The translations under genes and the position numbers were made by a program. This document shows, piece after piece, positions 54,485-64,000 of a DNA stretch of 64,000 nt. This DNA is from Eledone cirrhosa (lineage: Eukaryota). Where the stretch lies: positions 67,952,001 through 68,016,000 of the forward strand of contig OZ024744.1 of the NCBI GenBank assembly GCA_964016885.1. Direction: 5' to 3'. How positions within the stretch are numbered: the first letter of the stretch is position 1; each line of letters begins with the position of its first letter. The notes beneath the pieces are model-generated. The model saw only the letters and a list, made by a program, of their open reading frames with translations, was not told where the DNA came from and ran no database searches.

Positions 54485-54653
54485 TGAGCCCTAAGGTACT
54501 CAATACATTAGTAGAGTGTAAACAATAAATCTAATATAGTAAAGGCTTCTACAGGACTAGAACTGTTTGGAAGGAAATCATTAGGAAAGCTTTCTTGATG
54601 ATTTCCTTCGAATGAAACAGTTCTAGTCCCGAAGAAGCCATTTCTATATTAAA
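54485..54653. mobile_element. Fold-back element of the 28381 family (degenerate hammerhead), downstream of the DCLK stop
   Basis: ggcttctacaggactagaactgttt...gaaacagttctagtcccgaagaagcc plus tail ggtactcaatacattagtagagtg. Confidence 0.7.
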
Positions 54654-57091
54654 TTTTATATATATTCGTCAACAATAAGGATTATTGACATAAATTTAAG
54701 ACCATACATAAGTTTGAGGGGGAGGGTACAGTCAATTATATTGATCAGTTCTTGACTCGTACTTTATTTTATCAATCCTAGAAAGATAAAGACTAAAAGG
54801 CGAAGTTGACTTCAGCAGGATTTGAACTCAGAAACATAAAGAATCCTGACTAAATCCCAAACAGAGCAGTTTTTTCTGACACACTAACAATTCTACCAAT
54901 CCACAACCTTGCCAACCAATATTGTAAAACTTACAACAAACACAACAATAATAACATAGTATAAAATGCATAGATAATGTTTTCTGATTACACAAAACCA
55001 ACAATTTGAGGGGAGGAGAAAGTTCAATAAATCAACCCCAGTGTTTTACTGGTACTTTTTTTTATCAACTCTGTAAGGATGAGAATCAAAGCTAACCTTG
55101 GCGAGATTTGAACTCAGAATGTAAAGGGACATAAATATAGGCTTGGCTAAAAATCACTTGTTTCCTATTTTTATGAATAAAACATTTCAAATTTACTCAA
55201 AACTATTTTTTTTTTAATCTTTAAATTAAATTTCATAATTGTATCTTGTTTTTATTCAACTTTAATCTGAAATAAAATCAAAATATAATATTTTAAAAAT
55301 AAAAAAAAAATTATGAATTTTTTTTTAATAGGAAGTGACTTTTGCCATAAGTCATATTGTCTGGCACTCTACCGATTCTACAAAAGTACCATTGGTTGAC
55401 AGAATCGTTAGTGTGTCAGATGAGATGAATTGTAATATTTAGTTTCTGAAACTTTCAAAGTTCTGGTTTCATACCCAGCTAAGGGATTAACTTCGCCTTT
55501 CATCCTTCCAGGTTCAATAAAATAAGGTACCATTAATATACTGAAATTGACTTTCCCTCTTTCCCTCCTAAAAATTGTTGGCCTTGTGCCTAAATTAGAA
55601 ACCTATATGAAAATTAACAACAACAACAACAACAATAATAACAATAAAAGGAAAGGAAAACATTGCAGTTTTCCTGCTTTTTTTTTATATATAAATATTT
55701 TTATTTTTTGTTTTGGTTTTTTATTTAAAATATATTTCCAAATATGTTTGACACATATTTGATGAATCATTGACACCAACAATAACAACAAACAACAACA
55801 ACAACAACAACAACAACAAACAACAACAACAACACCATCACCAACACCACCACCACCAACAACACCATCACCAACATCACCAACAACAACAAACAACAAT
55901 AGCAACACTACCACTACCACCACCACCACCACCTACAACAACAACAACAACAACAACACTGCCATTTACTAATATGAACAACAGCAACAATAACAATAGC
56001 AATAACAATAACAACTACAACATCAATAATACTACAAGGAACATTAACCACAACTAAAACTACAGCATAACCAAAGAAAACCTTAATGTGATTGCTTGAC
56101 TTACTAGATATAGTAGCTAAATTTTCCTCTAGCCAAATTATACATTAGTTGTTGTTTTTTTTAGTTTTTTTTTTGTTTTTTTTTTGTTAATGACACATTG
56201 GAAAAAGACGAGATGGTCACAGCTGGAATGGCTTTGATAATCATGATTGTTTTATGTTGTCAGATGATATGATAGAGATTCCCCATGTGTCACAGTGATT
56301 CTCTATTGCCAAAAAGGCTTCTCTGACAGACAACAACAACAACAACAACAACAACAATAACAGCAACAGCAGCAGCACCAAATAACAAACACCATCATCA
56401 TCATCACCATCACTATTGTCATCATTATCATCTATATTTATTTTAAACTATAAAGTAACAAGGTGATTAATTATGAATAACCACCATCACCAACAACAAC
56501 AACAACAATAACAACAACTACAGCAACTACAACGGCAACAACTACAACTACAACTGCAACAACTACAACAACGACAACAACAACTACAACAATCACATCA
56601 ATAACAGTAGTACCAACAACAGCACACTAAATAACAACAAAAGCAACATCAACAACAACAATAACAATAAAGCCAATTGTAACAACAATAACAACAACAA
56701 CAACTATAACAACAGCAACAACAGCTGCAACAACAACAACAACAGCAGCACCCTAAATAATATCTAAAGCAACAACATCAACAAAATCAACAACAACAAT
56801 AACAATAAAGCCAATTGTAACAACAATAACTACAACAACAACTATAACAACAGCAACAACAGCTGCAACAACAACAACAACAGCAGCACCCTAAATAATA
56901 TCTAAAGCAACAACATCAACAAAATCAACAACAACAATAACAATAAAGCCAATTGTAACAACAATAACAACAACACTGATAATAAAACAACAAAAACAAG
57001 AAAGAGAAAGAGTAAAAAATGGTAACAACAACAACAGCAACAACATCAACAAAAATAGCAACCACATCAATTAATATACCACTTCCATTAA

Positions 57092-57415
57092 CCCTTTAGC
57101 ATTTAAACCGGTCAGAATTTTCTCACCTTTTTCTGTTCAAACTGGCTGTAACCAGCCACTCATACTTATGTTAAGGTATTGTTATCAAAATAAATAACTG
57201 TTTCTACTTTAGGCACAAGGCCAGCAATTATCCCAGTGCATTACTGGTACTTTATTTTATCGACCCCCCCGTAAGGATGAAAGGCAAAGTCAACCACGGC
57301 GGGATTATAATACCAAATTCTCATAGATTCGATATTGTGTAAGATAATTATGTGAGGTAAAGTCTTTATCATGAAAATACAAAAGTAAATATAGAATAAT
57401 GTAAATGCTAAAGGG
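57092..57415. mobile_element. piggyBac-like MITE with nested SINE fragment (~57197-57304)
   Basis: TTAA-flanked TIRs. Internal reverse-oriented SINE core. Confidence 0.8.
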
Positions 57416-58253
57416 TTAACAAAAATAGCAGCCAAATCTCGCTCAAACCACATCATAGGATCGTAGAACAATTACCGTATATGCTGGCATACAAGTCAAT
57501 CCAGCGCATAGGTCGACCCCTAAATTTCTGAGGTGTAATTCAGGTTTAGGCCTATATTCACCTAACCTTAATTATTATAATCTCTGAGGGCGGGGAATTG
57601 GCAGTATCGGTAGAGAGTCGGACGCCATGCTTTCTAGCATAGTTTCATCCCTTTACGATCTGAGTTCAAATCCTGTTGAGATTAACTTTGCCTTTCATCC
57701 TTACGGGGTCGATAAAATAAAGTACCAGTAATGTACTGGGTAATTGCTGGCCTTGTGCCCAAAGTAGAAACAATTATTATAATCTCTACGTTAAATAGAC
57801 TTAACAAATATGAGATTCAGTAGGAAATAATTGTGATGCGCTGCTAGAGTTATGGTAAGGGGTGTATGAGCGTTAGGGAGTTAGTTTCACTGTTTACCCC
57901 TCAGTGGTAATGGGTTCACATTTTATATTCGGCAGACAAGTCGACCCCTAGTTTTAGAGAGATATTTTTAGGCTCCAAATATCAACCTGTACGCTGGCAT
58001 ATCTGGTAATTGGATAATGTGGTTCAAGGTTTCTTGCAGAAACAAAGAGAAAAGAGACAGAATGGTCATGGATAGCACAACTTTAACAATAATAGCAACA
58101 ACAAAATTAATAAGTTGAATCACAATACACATATGCACATATTACCAATAACCACTACACTAACAACTGCAACAACAACAACAAAAGCAACCATCACTCT
58201 CATAACTAGACCATTGATGACTATGGAAACAACACCAAAATATCACGCACGGA

Positions 58254-61200
58254 CACCACCACCACCACCACCACCACCACCACCACCATCACCATCATCA
58301 TCATCATCACCACCACCACAATAACAATAACAATAAAAACAATAAAACTGACAACAGCCATCACAGATTCAACCAACCAAACCAACCACCACCAGCACTA
58401 CTACTACCATTACTACCAACACCACCAACACCACAACCAGTACTACTACTACTACTACCACCACCATCACAACTACTACTACTACTACAAAAAAAACAAC
58501 AAAAAAAACAGAAACACTAGGAGGAGCAACAATCACCATGACAATATCATTGACAACAACTGCACAACAACCAAAACAACAGCAACAATAACAAAAGTCA
58601 CAACCACCACTACTACCACTACCACCACAACCACCACTACTACCACTACCACCACAACCACCACTATCACCACTACTACCACTACCACCAGAACTACCAC
58701 TACCACCACTATCACCACAACCACCACTACTACCACTACCACCACTACCACCACTATCACCACTACTACCACTACCACCACCACCACCACCACTATCACC
58801 ACTACCACCACTACCACCACTACTACCACTACCACCACTACTACCACTACCAGCACTACCACCACTATCACCACAACGACCACTACTACCACTACCACCA
58901 CTACCACCACAACCACCACTACCCACCACTACCACCACTACCAACACACCACCACTACCACCACACCACCACACACCACTACCACCACCACCACCACACC
59001 ACCACAACTACCACTACCACCACAACCACCACCACACCCACCACCACCACCACTACCACTACCACCACCACCACCACACCACCACACCACCACAACCACC
59101 CACAACACCACACCACCACACCCACCACACCACCACTACCACCCACCACCACCAACCACCACACCAACACAACCACCACACCACCACAACCACCACATAC
59201 ACCACTTACCACCACACCACCACAACCACCACCACCCACCACAACCACCACAACCACCCCCACAACACCACCACCACCACCACCCAACCACCACAACCAC
59301 CACAACCCCACACCCACCACAACCACCACAACCACCACACCCACCACAACCACCACAACCACCACAATCCACTACACCACAACCACCACTACCACCACAA
59401 CCACCACTACCACCACAACAACCACTACCACCACAACACCACTACCACCACAACCACCACTACCACCACACCACCACTACTACCACTACACCACAACCAC
59501 CACTACCACCACTACACAACTACCACCACAACCACAACTACCACCACTACAACCACCATACTACCACTACCACCACCAACCACCCACTACCACCACAACC
59601 ACCACTACCACCACAACCACCACACCACCACAACCCACCACTACCACAACACCACACACCACTACCACCAACCACCACAACCACACAACACCACACCACC
59701 ACACCACACTACCACCACACCACCACAACCACCACAACCACCACAACACCACACACCCAACAACCACAACCCACCACCACAACCACTCCACCCACAACCA
59801 CCCAACCACCACAACCACCACCACACCCACAACACCACACCACCCAACCACCCACCACCCCACCACCACACCACCACCCACCACCACAACCACCCACCAC
59901 CACCACCACCACACCACCACCACCACCACAACCACCACCACAACCACCACCACCACAACCACCACCACCACACCCACCACCACCACACCACCACACCCCA
60001 CACCCCACAACCACCACTACCACCACAACCACCACACCACCACACCACCACAACCCACCACACCACCACACACACTACCACCACACCCACCACCCCACCC
60101 ACCACAACCACCACAACCACCACACCACCACAACCACCACACCACCACACCCCACTACCACCACACCACCCACACCACCACCACTACCACACCACAACCA
60201 CCACCACACCACACAACCACCACCACCACCACACCACCACTACCACCACAACCACCACAACCACCACTACTACCACTACCACCACAACCACCACTATCAC
60301 CGCAACCACCACTACCATCACAACAACCACCACTACTACCACTACCACCACAACCACCACCACAACCACCACTACTACCACTACCACCACAACCACCACT
60401 ACCACCACTACTACCACAACCACCACTACCACCACAACCACCACCACCACCACTACCACCACTACCACCACAACCACCACCACTACCACACCACCACCAC
60501 CACACCACCACTACTACCACTACCACCACAACCACCACTACCACCACTACTACCACTACCACCACAACACCACTACCACCACTACCACTACTACCACCAC
60601 AACCCACACTACTACCACTACCACCACAACCACCACTACCACCACAACCACCACAACCACCACTACTACCACTACCACCACAACCACCACTATCACCGCA
60701 ACCACCACTACCATCACAACAACCACCACTACTACCACTACCACCACAACCACCACCACAACCACCACTACTACCACTACCACCTCAACCACCACTACCA
60801 CCACAACCACCACTACCACCACTACCACTACTACCACCACAACCACCACTACTACCACTACCACCACAACCTCCACTACTACCACTACCACCACAACCAC
60901 CACCACTACCACCACTACCACCACAACCACCACTACCACCACTACTACCACAACCACCACTACCACCACAACCACCACTACCACCACAACCACCACTACC
61001 ACGACAACCACCACTACCACCTCTACCACCACTACTACCACTACCACCACAACCACCACTACCACCACAACCTCCACAACCACCACTACCACCACAACCA
61101 CCACTACCACCACAACCACCACTACCACCACTACCACCACAACCACCACAACCACCATAAACACCACAACCACCACTACTACCACTACCACCACAACCAC

Positions 61201-61360
61201 CACTACCACCACAACCACCACCACAACCACAACCACCACCAAACCACCACTACTACCACTACCACCACAACGACCACTACTACCACTAGAACCACAACCA
61301 CCTCTACCACCCAACCACCACTACCACCACAACCACCACAACCACCACAACCACCACTAT
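58254..61360. repeat. ~3-kb (ACC/ACT/ACA)n degenerate trinucleotide array
   Basis: Direct reading. Source of the poly-V/G/W ORFs. Confidence 0.95.
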
Positions 61361-61552
61361 TAACATAAAAACAACAACAACAGTAACAACAACAACAGAC
61401 ACCAACAAGATTCCCGAATTTACTTATTTGTTTTATTGTTAATTAAAATGGACTTTTTTTTTCTAATTCAATAAAACAATTTTTTTACTGGAAAGATATG
61501 TTATTTTTTGGTTTGTTTGTTATTTTTTAAATTTATTTCAATGTAGTGGCTT

Positions 61553-62100
61553 TTGTTTATCCCGCTGTTGGCCACAAAAGGTTTCTCTCTAAAAATGAAA
61601 GGCAGACTGTATGATGCCTGCATACGAACAGCAATGTTACATGGCAGTGAGACATGGGCATTGTGTGCAGAGGACCTGCACAGACTGGAAAGGAACGAAG
61701 CTTGCATGCTCTGTTGGATGTGTAATAGTAATATACGTGAACGGCAAAGCATAAATGAACTAAGTGAGAAATTAGGAATAAGAGGGATCAGAAGCTGTTT
61801 ACTCGAGAGAAGACTACGTTGGTATGGCCACGTGATGTGCATGAAAGACGACAGCTGCATAAAAAAGTGCAGGGCGATCAAAATTGATGGTAGTTACGGA
61901 GTAGGCAGACCCAGAAAAACCTGGGATGATCTGATAAATTCCGACCTTACACACTTTCATCTCTCTAAGACAATGTCACTGGACCGAGATCTTTGGCGCT
62001 ACGCAGTAATACAGAAGACCCGCCTTGCCTATGTACAAAGCGAAACCTACAGTCAGTAGGCACCTCTTAACCAAATATACACCCCAATCTACTACCACTA
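61553..62100 (+). mobile_element. RTE-clade LINE 3' fragment
   Basis: KGRLYDACIRTAMLHGSETW...RRLRWYGHV...GRPRKTW. Confidence 0.9.
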
Positions 62101-62360
62101 CCCTATCCTATCGAAAGGTTGTGAGTTCAATTCTCGGACCGGGTGATGTGTTGTTTCTTTGAGCAAGAGACTTTATTTCACGTTGCTCCAGTTTACTCAG
62201 CTGTAGAAATGAGTACTGGCCTGCCCGCCCAGCCAGTGGGATGGCGTTATCTTATGGCTAAAACAGCATGATGTGCTGTAACCAGCGGCGCCGATTGGCA
62301 CCCGACAGACTGGTCGGTCAAGGTGATCAAGGTGATATATATGTATATATATATATATAT

Positions 62361-62654
62361 ATTGTTATACTTGGGGAGGGTCATATTGTTGTAATAATAT
62401 TGCCAGAATTAATAACAGAACACACTCACTGTTTGGTTGGTTTTCGCTTCTGTATCTTTTATATCAGTTAATTCATTTGGTCCTATTATATCTGTATTTT
62501 TGACCGTTGGTCAGTCAATGGTAAACATTGAGGACCAAATGAATTAACTGATATAAAAGATACAGAAGCGAAAACCAACCAAACAGTGAGTGTGTTCTGT
62601 TATTATTTCTGGCAATATTATTACAACAATATGACCCTCCCCAAGTATAACAAT
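62361..62654. mobile_element. Fold-back element, 124-bp arms, 46-nt spacer; family also at 2748-2980 and 47457-47645
   Basis: Arms 62361-62484 / 62531-62654 are near-perfect reverse complements. TA flanks. Confidence 0.8.
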
Positions 62655-62665
62655 ATATATATATG

Positions 62666-62705
<40 letters not shown>

Positions 62706-64000
62706 GTGGTGCTATTAAGTTAGATATGACCTGGACCAACACTGGCCGAAACCTATCAAAGTTATATTATATATATATAAGGACGGTGGATTGGCAGTAT
62801 CGGTAGAGGGTCGGATGACATGCTTTGCAGCAAAGAGTTACGGCCCTTTATGGTCTGAGTTCAAATCCCGCCGAGGTTAACTTTGCCTTTCATCCTTATG
62901 GGGTTGATAAAATAAAGTACCAGTAATATACTGGTATAATTGCTGGTCTTGTGCCAAAAGTAGAAACAATTATATATATATATAAGATAGATGTGTGTAT
63001 GTTGTATTAAAAATATGATTATGTTTTATGTTCCAGTTTTATGTTGTTTTTGTTTGTTTATTTGTATTTTCTCATATTTTCATAAGTTGGTTGCAGTTTG
63101 TTTGGAACAATCACTTCCTAAATCCATCATCAACATTTCTAGATTTTTACAGTCTCATTACCAGGATGTGAAGTTTGTGTGTGTGTGTGTGTGAAACTGC
63201 TTCTGTATAGTAAACAAATATAATATTTATGGAATTTATCAACAAGGTTTATATCAACTTCATTGCTGGAATTTGACATTTGATAATTACTTATTTATGA
63301 CATGTATGCTGCCTGTGTATTTATTTTAGCTTTGTGTTGTATTATAAACAATATTTCTAATTTTTTTTTTGTGGACATCTATATATTATGGATGTCTTTT
63401 CCACTAATGTTTTCCTATTTAGCTCTGTTTTGTGATATGTGATGTAGTATGTTGTAATTGTTCGTGAATAACTTATGAGACAGTGTTGTACTTGTATGGC
63501 CATTGTAACAGTTGGTGTCATGAGGTTTACAAATTTTATTTTTTTCAATTTCATTTGTTAATAACATTGGTCATGTGTAGCTTATTCTGGAGTTTACATG
63601 CTTGTGGATTATTGTTGATGATGGAGTTACTGTCATATATTATAAGGGCTAGTATATTGTTATTGTTAATGAGTTTGGTGAGATATATTTTATGTTACGT
63701 TTTATGAAATTTTCTGATTGTGTGCTTGTCTGTCCTTTAAAGTCTACATAAGAAAAGAAAAAGGAAAAAGATTTTTAAAATAGTCATGTTATAAAGGAAA
63801 ACATTTATCATCATCATCATCATCATCATCACCGTTTAACATCCATTTTCCATGCTAGCATGGTTTAGATGGATTTGTCCCATTAGAGGCAAATTGGGTC
63901 AGGTGACCATGTCTCGCTCAAATAGGACTACTTCTGGCTGGTTTTCCATAGATGGATGTCCTTCCCAACACCAACGACATTTACAGTGTGTCCCGTGTCA

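Noticed and set aside
58369-61314. Poly-Val/Gly ORFs
   Set aside because: Trinucleotide array artefacts. The irregular central part (59000-60200) may also be low-quality sequence.
61440-61500. Polyadenylation site of DCLK (aataaa near 61470)
   Set aside because: AATAAA is frequent in this AT-rich sequence. The 3' end cannot be fixed without transcript data.

Overview
AT-rich, microsatellite-dense animal genomic DNA. The SINE/LINE repertoire is most consistent with an octopus or other coleoid cephalopod (inference). The window holds the 3' 12 coding exons (4213-54078, + strand) of a doublecortin-like kinase (DCLK) gene. These exons encode the Ser/Pro-rich linker, a complete CAMK-group kinase domain and the C-terminal tail; all have GT-AG introns with matching phases, and the DCX domains presumably lie upstream. 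The introns are filled with tRNA-derived SINEs, RTE and CR1 LINE fragments, Tc1/mariner relics, piggyBac- and hAT-like MITEs, and mini/microsatellites. Nearly all long ORFs in the supplied track are repeat artefacts. The main unexplained structure is a set of about a dozen short, non-coding elements embedded in (TA)n. They are built as fold-back inverted repeats or a partial tandem repeat, and most carry type I hammerhead ribozyme folds from several unrelated sequence families. These include intact canonical cores, a U3-A8 compensatory core variant with a covarying stem I, and a recurrent U-U pair at the base of stem II. They look like Penelope-like pLTR or retrozyme derivatives. The most intact cores are antisense to the host gene.
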